NCBI GenBank assembly: GCA_965223265.1 | Contig: OZ244999.1 | Coordinates: 6,144,001 to 6,208,000, forward strand | Reading direction: 5' to 3' | Origin: Planctomycetota bacterium | GTDB taxonomy: Bacteria > Planctomycetota > UBA8108 > SXIK01 | Length of the DNA: 64,000 nt | In this document: piece by piece, positions 29,281 to 39,240 of the stretch | Layout of the letters: the number at the start of each line of letters is the position of its first letter | Numbering within the stretch: position 1 is the stretch's first letter | Made by a program: the position numbers and the translations under genes | Notes under the pieces: model-generated | What the model saw: only the letters and a program-made list of their open reading frames with translations | The model's database searches: none | What the model was told of the DNA's origin: nothing

Positions 29281-29398
29281 TCCAAAGTAGCAGGCACACT
29301 CCGTGAGCGTGGGCGTGGGCGTGTCGGTACTCTCCTTCTGGCTCTGACTCCGTACCCGTATCTGACTCTGTCTCTGTCTGTCTGTATCCGTATCGACT
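29281..29398 (+). repeat. Fourth (partial) REP-like unit plus degenerate hexamer tracts
   Basis: TCCAAAGTAGCAGGCACACTCCGTG then GTGAGC/GTGGGC and TCTGAC/CCCGTA/TCTGTC hexamers. Confidence 0.75.
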
Positions 29399-30981
29399 CA
29401 CAAGTCGACCCACCGTGCCTTCGTCGCGCCGCGCACCGCCTCGACGCGCACAACCCGCTGCGTCTCTTGGGTGCAGCAAGCGGCCGCGCCAATGCGGTGC
29501 CCGACGACCCACACGATGGTGTCGCCCGCCATCACCAGTGGCACGGCATCGCGGGCGCCGGGAAGGACCCGACGCTGCCGGAAGAACTCCTTGAGCTTCT
29601 GACGCCCTGCCGCCCCGAGCGGCTGGAACCGATCGCCGCGCGAGCGCGAACGCACGGCGAGAGGCCCCAAAGCTTCGAGTCGATCCGCATCGAAAAGCTC
29701 GACGAGAGGATTCGCTTCGTGCTCCCGCCACGGTGGGCGCAGAGCAGTTCTCTGGGAATCTGAGGCCGCGCTCCTCTCGTCGCAGCGAAACCGCCAATCC
29801 CGCCAGACCACTCGGCTCGTTGCCGCCGTGCTCCTTGCCGCCGACGACGCAGACTCAAACAGTGACAGACGCGGCGCCGGGGACGCGCCGCGGCGACCGG
29901 TGGGCTCCTCAAGTGCCACGTGCAGGCGCCCGTAACGCAGGTCAAGGCCGACATCAGCCCCGAGTGCGAAGCGCCTGGGTGAACTCTCCGCAGCCCCGAC
30001 ACGCCCCTCGGCCCTGCAGCTCTGCAGCCAAACCATCACTTCATCGATGGTCGGCTGGGTCAAACGAAGTGAGCAGACAGACTCAGGCTGAGCGCCGCCG
30101 CGCTCCAGGATGCCCTGTGCCGCGAGCAGAATCGCTTCACGCACCAGGGTCGAAGGCCATCGCACCAGCTGCCGAGCACATAGGGTGACTCCCTGAGGAG
30201 AGCTTTCGATCGTGGCGGCTCGGAGCACTTCTCCCGCCACCGCGACGAGGTCGCTCTGCAGCTTCTGCATCCGCGCGCCGAGGCGACCGAGCGACACCGT
30301 CGCACCAGGCTGGGCGGACTCGAGCGCCGGCAAGACGTCGCGGCGCAAACGGTTTCTCGTCATCAGGACATCGTCGTTCGATGAATCATGGCGCGCCGTC
30401 AACCCGAAGTCATCCAGACAAGCCTTGATCTCGTCGCGGCGCCACGACAGGAGCGGACGCGCGATCGCAGTCACGCCCGCCGCATGGCTCAGTACCCGAT
30501 GAGTCGGAACACCCCCGAGACCGCGAGGGCCGCCGCCTCGAATCGCGCGCATGAGCACCGTCTCTGCCTGGTCGTCGAAGTGATGCGCGAGAACGACCGC
30601 GTCCAGACGGTGCTCCGCGGCCCAGGAACGAAACGCCGCATATCGAACCTGCCGTGCCGCCGCTTCTGGGGAAAGGCGCTGCTGTCGTGCCACTGCGGGC
30701 ACATCGACGCGCGACAACAGGAACTCGAATCCACGCTGCTGCGCGAGCACGCGAACAAACTCCGCGTCGACGTCGGCCTCAGCCCCCCTCAGTCCGTGGT
30801 GCACGTGCCCGACGAAGACCACAGGCGGATCGGCGCGCTCCCGTCGCCAGCGGGTAACCAACTCCAGCAAGCATACCGAATCCGGACCGCCCGACACCGC
30901 GACCAGAAGGCGCGCGCACGGCACCGGCAGCCGCGCTGTCGCGAGCCCCTCGCGAAACGTCTCCAGCCAGTCACGCTGCAT
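29398..30981 (-). CDS. tilS: tRNA(Ile)-lysidine synthetase
   Basis: AVSGGPDS, HHGLRG, AHHFDDQAET, RPLL, RNRLR; C-terminal GDRFQPLG...KLKEFF. Confidence 0.93.
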   Translation of the reverse strand: MQRDWLETFREGLATARLPVPCARLLVAVSGGPDSVCLLELVTRWRRERADPPVVFVGHVHHGLRGAEADVDAEFVRVLAQQRGFEFLLSRVDVPAVARQQRLSPEAAARQVRYAAFRSWAAEHRLDAVVLAHHFDDQAETVLMRAIRGGGPRGLGGVPTHRVLSHAAGVTAIARPLLSWRRDEIKACLDDFGLTARHDSSNDDVLMTRNRLRRDVLPALESAQPGATVSLGRLGARMQKLQSDLVAVAGEVLRAATIESSPQGVTLCARQLVRWPSTLVREAILLAAQGILERGGAQPESVCSLRLTQPTIDEVMVWLQSCRAEGRVGAAESSPRRFALGADVGLDLRYGRLHVALEEPTGRRGASPAPRLSLFESASSAARSTAATSRVVWRDWRFRCDERSAASDSQRTALRPPWREHEANPLVELFDADRLEALGPLAVRSRSRGDRFQPLGAAGRQKLKEFFRQRRVLPGARDAVPLVMAGDTIVWVVGHRIGAAACCTQETQRVVRVEAVRGATKARWVDL

Positions 30982-31028
30982 GGCTCGCCTCCCGCGCACT
31001 CCTCACGACGCAGGCGAGTTCGTTCGAT

Positions 31029-32267
31029 CTACTTTTCGGTGATCGCCTGAATCGTTCCGTCCCCTGCGACGAGGTAGATCTTTCCACGTTCCGAACGATC
31101 ACGACCATTCGTCGCGAGGTTGGTGGGAACCCAGCGAAAATCGTCACCGATCGGCAAGCGAACTCGCTCCTTACCGTCCTCGACGCCAAGGCCTGCGATG
31201 GTGTGGCCACCTGCCTGCTTGGGGTCGAGAAGCACGTAGAGGAGGTCACGTCCAAGCGAAATAACCTTGAGTACATCATCGGCGATCCACTGTGGCTCGC
31301 CATCGCGCATGCGGATACAGAAGAGTCGGTGTTGCTGCTCTCCGCCCCGGTTCTCGGAGGCTATCGCGAGCGCCAGTTCACGTCCAGCGCGATGGCTGTA
31401 GACGACCGGTGGCTGAGCAACCGGCGCTTCGACAAGGTGCTCCCAAACTTTGAGCCCGGTCGCAGCGTTTAGACAGTAGAGCTTGTAGTCGTGGGAACCG
31501 ACGAGCACCCACTGCGAGAAGAGCGCCGGCGTCGCGGTGATCTGACCGCCAGTCTCGAATAGCCACGAGAACCCGTTCTGATAACCGGCGCTGTTAGAGA
31601 AACGGTAAAGCAAGCCGTCGGTCGATCCCACATAGCAAGCGGTCGTCGTGTTGACCGGACTAGCGGCGATGAACTTGCCGGTGCGATACTCCCAGGCGAC
31701 GCCGCGAGTGTCCTTACGAATTCCGTAGACACGACTGCTGTCCGAGCCTATGAAGACGCGTTCGGCATCGGCTGCGACCGCGGTCGACACCGAGAATGGT
31801 GCTTGATGTCTCCAGAGGAGCTCGCCATGGTCGAGCCCAAGGCAGTAGATGGTGTCGTTGAGAGTTATGAAGACTTCGTCGAGCTGGTCGCGCTGCGATT
31901 CGGGATACTTAAACGTACCGGGCGCGTACTTCAGCGCAGACTCCAACCCGAAGTACCACTTTGGCATGCCGTCGCGCCGATTGAGCAACTTGAGGCGTCC
32001 ATCCTTCCCGTCTTGCGGCAGTGTCGCGACAAACAGGCCGGACGGTCGCAGATAGACTGCGTTGACTGGATGGTCCGTCGGATCGGGCTCGTTGTGCCAA
32101 AGCGTCTCGAAGCCGCTCTCGGCGAGAACCTCTTCCGGAATGCGAGCGGGAGCGGCTCTTTTTCCGACTCCGGCCTGCGCGGAACTCCCACTCTCATGGG
32201 TTTGGCAGCCGATGCTGGCGAGGCCGGTCACGCTGACCAGTGTCAAGTAGGCAACCCAGAGTCTCAT
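31029..32267 (-). CDS. PQQ-type beta-propeller lipoprotein (BamB-like)
   Basis: Lipobox LASIGC; repeated GS.D..LY...G...W blades. Confidence 0.75.
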   Translation of the reverse strand: MRLWVAYLTLVSVTGLASIGCQTHESGSSAQAGVGKRAAPARIPEEVLAESGFETLWHNEPDPTDHPVNAVYLRPSGLFVATLPQDGKDGRLKLLNRRDGMPKWYFGLESALKYAPGTFKYPESQRDQLDEVFITLNDTIYCLGLDHGELLWRHQAPFSVSTAVAADAERVFIGSDSSRVYGIRKDTRGVAWEYRTGKFIAASPVNTTTACYVGSTDGLLYRFSNSAGYQNGFSWLFETGGQITATPALFSQWVLVGSHDYKLYCLNAATGLKVWEHLVEAPVAQPPVVYSHRAGRELALAIASENRGGEQQHRLFCIRMRDGEPQWIADDVLKVISLGRDLLYVLLDPKQAGGHTIAGLGVEDGKERVRLPIGDDFRWVPTNLATNGRDRSERGKIYLVAGDGTIQAITEK

Positions 32268-32392
32268 CCATTTCTCCTTAAGCAATCTGCGGCTTTGAGT
32301 GAAGCCGCATCTACGTCGCAATTTCAATTCGTTTCGATTTTTCGAGTCATCGTCGCGGTTCGTTCCCACTCCGGAACGACTCTCTACAACCG

Positions 32393-32689
32393 TTAGCTGG
32401 TCTCGGATTCTTGTCTTTCGGCCCGCGACTCTTGAGCCGGCTGGTCGGCAGGCACGAATTCCGAGAGGTCCACGCCGTGTTCGGTCTCGTACGCCTTGAG
32501 CTTCCGAATCCTATCGAGATCTTCGTCAATTCGGCTCTGAAGCTTAAAAATAAAGGGTTTACCATCGCGGCGCGCAGTGAGATCGGCCTCCATCTCCTCC
32601 CAGAGCCCCTCGTAGAGGATCTTTCTGATCACGAGAAGCTGGAATTCTTCCGGGGGCAAGCCACGGACGAACTCGCGGTGCGGATCCAT
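32393..32689 (-). CDS. Small hypothetical protein
   Basis: Natural-looking helical ORF (LYEGLWEEMEADL..R.DGKPFIFKL); co-oriented with neighbours. Confidence 0.6.
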   Translation of the reverse strand: MDPHREFVRGLPPEEFQLLVIRKILYEGLWEEMEADLTARRDGKPFIFKLQSRIDEDLDRIRKLKAYETEHGVDLSEFVPADQPAQESRAERQESETS

Positions 32690-32849
32690 GCAACGTTCCG
32701 AATAAGCAAAACCCAAGAGGCGGGGAGACACGACGGGCCCAACAGCTTACACAAACGCACGAACCTCGGGCAGGGAGAACTTGTCATTTCGCCTCGAGCC
32801 TGGCGCCTCAACACCCCCCACAGGCTCCCGGGTCGTCGTTCGTAGTCGC

Positions 32850-33560
32850 CTATTTCGAGTCGCGCGCCACCGCAGTGAGCGGCGTCTCGACTTTCGTCCA
32901 AGTCGCCCGCTGCCGATCAAATTTGTCCTTGAGGATCTCGAACTCGTCACCGACCCGATGAAACGTCACCTCATAGACGCGCGACACGATCACTTCCGTG
33001 CCGTCGTCGCGTGTCTCAACGCGAATGTCGTTCGACAGTCCAGCCAGGCGCACCCTGACCCGCGTCGCCGCGGGGTCGAACCGGTTGAACACCGCGATAC
33101 ACTCGCGCTGCTGGTCAGCGCCAAGTGGGAAGTACTGATACACAGGGCTCTTTGGGTCACGCTTTGCTAACTCACGATTCTCGTCGGTCTTGCCCCAGAG
33201 CGAGCGCCCTTCCTTTCTCTCAGCAGCAAGTTCGACATTCGGGAGGTACATGTCGCTGTAATGCCGTTTGTTGTCGGTGGTCGCGGTGACGTTGACGTAG
33301 ATCTCTCGATCTTCGCCAGTCTTGTTCCTGAGCGAATAGACGAGATACCAGTACACGCGCCCGGAGCCGAAACCCGTACGCGGCGAGATGAGTTTGAGAC
33401 GCGTGATCTCTGGATCGATGATCCAAGAGTCTCCCGCAACCGACGTGGGACGAGAATCACTCGGACTCTCCTCTTCCTGAGCCGACACCGGTGTCGCGAT
33501 GCCGACGAAGAGCAGAGCGGCGAAGCAGTAAATGAGTGATGGGCGACGAGATGCAGGCAT
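32850..33560 (-). CDS. Hypothetical secreted protein
   Basis: Signal peptide; VYWYLVYSLRN...LAGLSN...F.RVGDE pattern. Confidence 0.65.
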   Translation of the reverse strand: MPASRRPSLIYCFAALLFVGIATPVSAQEEESPSDSRPTSVAGDSWIIDPEITRLKLISPRTGFGSGRVYWYLVYSLRNKTGEDREIYVNVTATTDNKRHYSDMYLPNVELAAERKEGRSLWGKTDENRELAKRDPKSPVYQYFPLGADQQRECIAVFNRFDPAATRVRVRLAGLSNDIRVETRDDGTEVIVSRVYEVTFHRVGDEFEILKDKFDRQRATWTKVETPLTAVARDSK

Positions 33561-33720
33561 GATCCGATCAACCTTTCTCAGAAGAGTCAACGCGACGCAT
33601 TCCCCTGGGTGGAAATCGAGCCAGACGGAGGCTTCCACCCGGATCTCCCTTTGCTGCGTATTTTAGTATTCGGTAGACGTGAAGATAGGCTTGGGCAAAA
33701 GCCCGAAATGCAGGCACGTC

Positions 33721-33803
33721 ACGGTGCCTCAAAGACGGTGCCTCAAAGACGGGGCCTCAAAGACGGGGCTTCAAGACGATCGCTTCAAGACGGTGTGTTC
33801 AAG
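33721..33803 (+). repeat. Degenerate 13-14 bp tandem repeat, about 6 units
   Basis: (GACGGTGCCTCAAA) units drifting to GACGGGGCTTCAA and GACGATCGCTTCAA. Confidence 0.8.
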
Positions 33804-34525
33804 CCCAACTGGCGCTCGTGATCGACCGGCCGCTACAGTTAAAAGTCGCCCCAGAAGGATTATCCGACAGCGCCGGGACGCGGCGGCGGACGCTCCGAGG
33901 CAGCGACCCAACGGCGAGTGAAGACGGTTTCTCTGCAGGCCTTCTCACCTGCCGGGAGACGAGACCACCAGCCGGGCTGGAACAGCGCCAGACATGGCTC
34001 AAAGAGGGAATTCTATTCACTTTATCGATCCTTGTCAAAAACGACGCCGAGAGCGCGGCGGCGACCGGGCCAGCATCGCAGTTGCCAACCGGGGGTCGTT
34101 CCCGGCCAGCGCGCTAACTCCAGCAGGCAAGCGCGAAATCTTTCGCCACCACGGCATCCGCGGCGCGCCCGGACGGCATCCGAATGGAAGCCAGCACAAC
34201 GACGTGGGAGATCACTCGCGGCTCGATCAAAGGACGGCTGCGCCGCGAGCAGGGGTCAGACGGGCTATTGTTGGCAGGCGCGCGAGCTGCTACCATAAGC
34301 GGGTGGGGTTGAAGTGCCCCCGAAAAATCTCGCTAACTGCAACAGTTGGCGGCCGCAGGACGTCCTGCGGATGAGAGACGTCCTGCGGATGAGAGGACGG
34401 GCGGCAACACGGTCGTGGCGTGGGGAGAATCCAAGAGGATCGCTCGACGGTGAATCGCCGTTGTCTGCGTGAAATCACATAGAAAGCTTTCCCGAACAGA
34501 ATTGCCCGAACTACTGGAGGTTTCG

Positions 34526-35110
34526 ATGAACTCTCGCAAGCAAGGATTTACCCTGATTGAGCTGCTGGTCGTGATCGCGATCATCGGCATCATCGCCGGC
34601 GTCTTGTTGCCGTCGCTCTCAAGTGGCCGCGAACGCGCCTACGTCGTCTCGTGCTCAAGCAACCTGAAGAACATCTACACGTTCGCGATGATGTATTCTG
34701 ACGACGACAAGAGCAAAGCGTTCCCGATCGCCAAAGGCAAGAAGAGGCCCAAAGCGCACGAGTCGCTTCAGCGCCTCGTTGATTTCTACCCGGATGACTT
34801 CAAGCCGCAGACCTTCATGTGCCCGGTGTACTTCGGCACGCAGGCCGAGGCGGATGCAGACGGCAAGTTCGTTTTGGATGACGAAACGAACGCCTACGCC
34901 TGGACCGGCAAGCGCCTCAAGAGTACAGCGAAAAACAAGGCTCTCGCCTCCGACAAGTATCACAAGAACTCGAAGATCAGCGGCAGGCCGGACGAGACGA
35001 GTGGGCACCCACGTGGGTTGAACGTCGTTTACACCGACGGTTCCGTTTCTTTCGTCAATGCGGTCGACCTCGACAAAGACACGGACCTGCCTCCGGGCCT
35101 CGTTCGCTAA
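34526..35110 (+). CDS. Prepilin-type N-terminal cleavage/methylation protein with H-X9-DG motif
   Basis: [14 protein letters not shown]; [12 protein letters not shown]. Confidence 0.9.
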   Translation: MNSRKQGFTLIELLVVIAIIGIIAGVLLPSLSSGRERAYVVSCSSNLKNIYTFAMMYSDDDKSKAFPIAKGKKRPKAHESLQRLVDFYPDDFKPQTFMCPVYFGTQAEADADGKFVLDDETNAYAWTGKRLKSTAKNKALASDKYHKNSKISGRPDETSGHPRGLNVVYTDGSVSFVNAVDLDKDTDLPPGLVR

Positions 35111-35162
35111 GTTAGACAAAAGAGTTTCATCGGGGGAGGAAGCCCCCAGTCGAGTTGTAGAT

Positions 35163-35198
35163 GGCCTGCCTTCCATAGCTGGAAGGCAGGCCTTTTTT
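35163..35198 (+). terminator. Intrinsic terminator
   Basis: GGCCTGCCTTCCA-tagc-TGGAAGGCAGGCC followed by T6. Confidence 0.85.
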
Positions 35199-35364
35199 CA
35201 TCGACCTCTGTGGAGACCGCTGCAACGCAGAGTGCACAGCCATCGTCCTCAGGTGCGAATTCTTGACCAGGCGATGCCTCAGCTCCCAGGGCCCAAGGGG
35301 CGCATAGAGCATCGCGACAGAACGTCCCCGACCCATTTCTCAACTGTTTTGGCGGAGGTTCTCT

Positions 35365-35943
35365 ATGCACCGGCGTAGCGACGGTTTCACGTTGATCGAG
35401 CTGCTCGTTGTCATTGCGATCATTGGCACGCTTGCTGGCGTCCTGCTGCCCTCGATCCAGGAAGGCCTAGCGCGCGGCGAGGTCGTCACGTGCGCGAACA
35501 ATCTGAAGAACATCTATGCGTTCTCCCTCCTCTACGCGGAAGACCATAAGAGTTCGGCGTATCCATTGGCCAGTGGCAAATCGAAACCAAAGGCCCACGA
35601 GTCCCTGCAAGCGCTAGTCGACGTCTACCCGGAAGACTTACCGCCCGAGCTCTTCGTCTGTCCCGCTGCAGACAGCTCCCCGGCCGAGCGCGGGCCAGAT
35701 GGCAGGCTCGTGCTGAGCGCAGAGTCAAACTCCTACGCCTGGACTAGCCGCAGGCTGAAGAGCACCGCGCGCAACAAGCCACTCGCAGCTGACAAATACT
35801 ATGACGGCTATCGAGACGGAGGCGAAGAACAGGCCGGCCATCGGCGAGGAGTCAACGTCGCGCGAACCGATGGCTCCGTGAGCTTCATGCCGAAGTCCGA
35901 ACTGGACGAAAGTCTCGGGTTGCCACCGGGTCTCGTGCGTTAA
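35365..35943 (+). CDS. Prepilin-type / H-X9-DG protein, tandem paralog
   Basis: [14 protein letters not shown]; HRRGVNVARTDG; identical LPPGLVR C-terminus. Confidence 0.9.
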   Translation: MHRRSDGFTLIELLVVIAIIGTLAGVLLPSIQEGLARGEVVTCANNLKNIYAFSLLYAEDHKSSAYPLASGKSKPKAHESLQALVDVYPEDLPPELFVCPAADSSPAERGPDGRLVLSAESNSYAWTSRRLKSTARNKPLAADKYYDGYRDGGEEQAGHRRGVNVARTDGSVSFMPKSELDESLGLPPGLVR

Positions 35944-36102
35944 CAGCCTGTTGAAGAAGTGCTTCGAGCCGAAAACTGGTCTCTTCGCGTCCAGATCGGC
36001 TGCGGCAAACGCAGGTAATCTCCGAGATTTTTGAGTATTGACGCCGTCGAGCTGGGCGTGAAGAGGCCAGTTTCTCGGCCGAATGACTTTTTCAACGGGC
36101 TG
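35944..36102 (+). repeat. MITE-like palindromic repeat, copy 2 (most complete)
   Basis: TIRs CAGCCTGTTGAAGAAGT / ACTTTTTCAACGGGCTG; internal arms also complementary. Confidence 0.9.
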
Positions 36103-36220
36103 GTAAGGCGTCCGGTGGGCGCCTTGTGAGGCCAAGCCGCTCGCGCGCTGGCACCGAAAGCGATGACCGGCGCGTGAGCAGGACGCGGCAGGTCAGAACG
36201 CCTGACGCGCCAAGGCAGGC

Positions 36221-36445
36221 TCACTCGTTGTCGAGGTGCGTCTCGTCATCCTGGAAGTTCGCGAAATCGCGCCCGAGCTCCTCCTCGAGAGCCGGCCACA
36301 GCGACGTCGAGACCTTGTAGTCGCCCTCGAACCAGCGCCCCAGGTCGACCAGACGGCAGCGCTCGGAGCAAAACGGAAAAAACTCTCCCGACGCAACGAT
36401 GCGCCGACGACAAGTGCGACAAGCAAATGACTCTGGTTCGTTCAT
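36221..36445 (-). CDS. yacG: DNA gyrase inhibitor YacG
   Basis: CRTC...[21 protein letters not shown]. Confidence 0.9.
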   Translation of the reverse strand: MNEPESFACRTCRRRIVASGEFFPFCSERCRLVDLGRWFEGDYKVSTSLWPALEEELGRDFANFQDDETHLDNE

Positions 36446-36484
36446 CGCGTGAGGCCTCTCGTCGAGTCAGAAAAACGCGAGCTG

Positions 36485-36868
36485 TTACTCCTTTGAGCCC
36501 TTCGACGAGCTCGACGCCGAGGAGCCCCCACTCGATGCGTCGCCGCCTGACTTCGCTCCCCCGCTATCCGAGGTCGAGCTTCCACTGGAGGAGTCGCCAG
36601 AGCTCTTCGATTCCGATCCAGACTTGCCACTCTCCGATTTGGAGCCGCCCTCTTTCTCCGCTTTCGCCTGCTTCTGGTAGTCGCTGCTGCGGTAGTCGGT
36701 GATGTAGAACCCATCGCCCTTGAAGAGAAAACCGCCCCCTGCGCTGATCAAGCGCTTGAGCTTGAGTTCTCCACACTTAGGGCACTTCCTCTTCGGGTTC
36801 TCCTTGATGGACTGAAAAATCTCGAAGAGCTCTTCACAAGCTGAACATTGATACTCGTAAGTCGGCAC
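36485..36868 (-). CDS. FmdB-family zinc ribbon protein
   Basis: PTYEYQC..C...CPKC...FKGDGFYITDY with Ser-rich tail. Confidence 0.9.
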   Translation of the reverse strand: MPTYEYQCSACEELFEIFQSIKENPKRKCPKCGELKLKRLISAGGGFLFKGDGFYITDYRSSDYQKQAKAEKEGGSKSESGKSGSESKSSGDSSSGSSTSDSGGAKSGGDASSGGSSASSSSKGSKE

Positions 36869-37067
36869 CAGAGTCTCTCCAATGATCACCGTCAAGCGGC
36901 TGGCGCGGGCACTCTTCCGAACGCTCGCTCCGCAACACGACATGACCCGAACCGCACCGGTTCGCGTCGAGAACAAGATCTCACGATTGTAACCGCGCAC
37001 TGCCACCCAAGAGGAACAGAAAGGTCATACCCTCCCGAGCCGCAGGCGCCACCGCGACCGCCCATTC

Positions 37068-37763
37068 TCACGATGACTCTTCGGAGGCGTCGGGAGGCGC
37101 ATCCTCCGCGCCCTCCTGCGGTTCGCTGTCGCCGCGGACATTGCGGGAGACCTGCACCTTCGTCGGGCGCATCACGACGCCGCGGTGGGTGTAGCCTTTT
37201 TGCAGCACCCCGACCACTTCCCCGGTCGGTCGGTCATCAACCTCCACCTGCAGCATGGCTTCGTGAAACTCGGGATTGAAGGCTGTCCCCACAGCCTCGA
37301 TCTCTTCAACACCGTGATCGGTCAGAAGCTGCAAAAGTTGCTGGTGGATCAGCTCGACTCCCTGACGAAAACCTGAATCGTCCACCGCGGCTTCGCCTTC
37401 GACGCTGGCGAGAGCGCGTTCGAAGTTGTCGACCACCGCAAGCATGTCGGTCAGGACAGCGCGTGCGCCGTATTCTTCAAGCTGCGGCCGCTCACGATGC
37501 ATACGCTTGCGCAGATTCTCAAAGTCGGCCTTAGCGCGACGGAGTTCGTCGAGAAACGTATCACGCTCGTCGGCGCGTACCTTCAAATCCTGGAACTCGG
37601 CCGCCGTCACCTCACTGGTTTGTTCGCAGTCACCGTCGGAATCGTTGCCGGCCTCGCCGTCGGCATTGGCGCTAGCGTCGATCGGAGCGCTGTCGCAACC
37701 AGAATCTTCGGCGGCGTTTTGGCCCTGCACGGAAAGCTTACTCTCTTCTCGTTCGGTGTTCAT
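37068..37763 (-). CDS. grpE: Nucleotide exchange factor GrpE
   Basis: ADFENLRKR, VVDNFERAL, FNPEFHEA, QKGY...RP. Confidence 0.95.
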   Translation of the reverse strand: MNTEREESKLSVQGQNAAEDSGCDSAPIDASANADGEAGNDSDGDCEQTSEVTAAEFQDLKVRADERDTFLDELRRAKADFENLRKRMHRERPQLEEYGARAVLTDMLAVVDNFERALASVEGEAAVDDSGFRQGVELIHQQLLQLLTDHGVEEIEAVGTAFNPEFHEAMLQVEVDDRPTGEVVGVLQKGYTHRGVVMRPTKVQVSRNVRGDSEPQEGAEDAPPDASEESS

Positions 37764-37814
37764 AGCAGTTGACGAATAGGTGCTGTGTCGCGCGACCACA
37801 ACCGCGCCGCACGA

Positions 37815-38948
37815 TCACGCGTCTCGGTTCTTGAAATACTGAGTCAACTTCTTGAAGAAGCCGCTACGCTCGGGGTGAGCACTCGCGGTGGCTTCCTCCT
37901 CGCGAAGCTCGTCCAAGAGTTCCTTCATGCGGGGCGTCAAGCGTTTCGGAGTCTCGACGACAACCCGGATCAGCTGGTTTCCGACGGCCGAACCATTGAG
38001 GCTTGGTAGGCCTTGACCGCGCAGCCGCAGAACATCTCCGCTCTGCGTGCCAGCCGGAATGGACACCTTCGCCCGATCGCGCAGCGTCGGCACTTCGATC
38101 TTGGCGCCGAGGGCAACGTCGGTGTAGCTAACAGGAATCTCGCAAAGAATGTCGTCCTCGTAGCGCTCGAAGAAATCGTGATTCTTGACGCGCACGCGGC
38201 AGTAGAGGTTACCGGCGGGCGCGCCGCGCAGGCCGGCGTCACCTTGCTGCGCCACACGGATCTGGACACCACTGTGGATTCCTGGAGGTATGTCGACCTC
38301 AACGCTCGAACCTGCGGGGCGTCGTCCCTCGCCGTCGCACTTCGGGCACGCATCTGCGACCACAGCCCCCTCACCGCGGCAACGACTACAAGGTCGACGG
38401 ATCGAGAAGAACCCCTGCACGCTTTCGACTTCACCGTAGCCGTCGCACTGTGTACAAGTCGCGAGTTCGCCGCTCTCGCTTCCCGACCCAGCACATGCCT
38501 CACATGGAGCTTGCCGACGCAACTCGAGAGTGCGCTTCGTACCCGTTGCGACCTCTTCGAGTGTCAGTTCAATCTCTACACGCAGGTCACTGCCGGCTTG
38601 ACGCCCCGAACTCGAACGCCGACCGCTGCCGAAAAAGCCATCGAAAACCGAATCCGAAAAAATATCACCGAAGTGACGAAAGATATCTTCGACGTGCGTA
38701 AAATTCGGTTGGCTATAACCCCGAGCCTTGAGGCCCTCATGCCCGTAGCGGTCGTACAGCTGACGCCGCTCCGAGTCATTCAAAACCTCGTACGCTTCCG
38801 CGACTTCTTTGAATCGTTTCGCCGCGTCGGGGTCGTCGGGATTCTTGTCCGGATGATATTGGATCGCCAGACGACGGTAGGCTTTCTTGAGCTCGGCTTC
38901 GCTCGCCTCGCGCGTCACCCCCAAGACGTCGTAGTAGTCTTTCTGCAT
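37815..38948 (-). CDS. dnaJ: Chaperone DnaJ
   Basis: J domain with HPD; CxxCxGxG zinc repeats; C-terminal domain. Confidence 0.96.
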   Translation of the reverse strand: MQKDYYDVLGVTREASEAELKKAYRRLAIQYHPDKNPDDPDAAKRFKEVAEAYEVLNDSERRQLYDRYGHEGLKARGYSQPNFTHVEDIFRHFGDIFSDSVFDGFFGSGRRSSSGRQAGSDLRVEIELTLEEVATGTKRTLELRRQAPCEACAGSGSESGELATCTQCDGYGEVESVQGFFSIRRPCSRCRGEGAVVADACPKCDGEGRRPAGSSVEVDIPPGIHSGVQIRVAQQGDAGLRGAPAGNLYCRVRVKNHDFFERYEDDILCEIPVSYTDVALGAKIEVPTLRDRAKVSIPAGTQSGDVLRLRGQGLPSLNGSAVGNQLIRVVVETPKRLTPRMKELLDELREEEATASAHPERSGFFKKLTQYFKNRDA

Positions 38949-39240
38949 GGAAGCGGTCAACTCTCAACCTCTCGCTTCGGGCTCCATCGGGCGTGGTTCC
39001 GCACGCCACCGACTTGGCGCTTCGACTCGTCACGGTCTGCGGCTGGTGTTGCTCCCGCGCCCCAGAAGAACGCAACCAACGCCGAGCAGCAGCTCTCGCA
39101 TCAACTTGGCTCACTACCGACTCTTCGGCAAAAACACCTCAACTTCCGTCGCGCCGGCATGCCAGTCGGACGACGAGAGCCGCGGAGCCGCCCGGGTCGC
39201 CGCTCCCAAAGAGGGGTCTCGCAGGATAGAGAACACTCGC

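Noticed and set aside
33690-33725. c-di-GMP-I riboswitch
   Set aside because: GGCAAAA is present but the GACGCAAAGC partner motif and second stem are not
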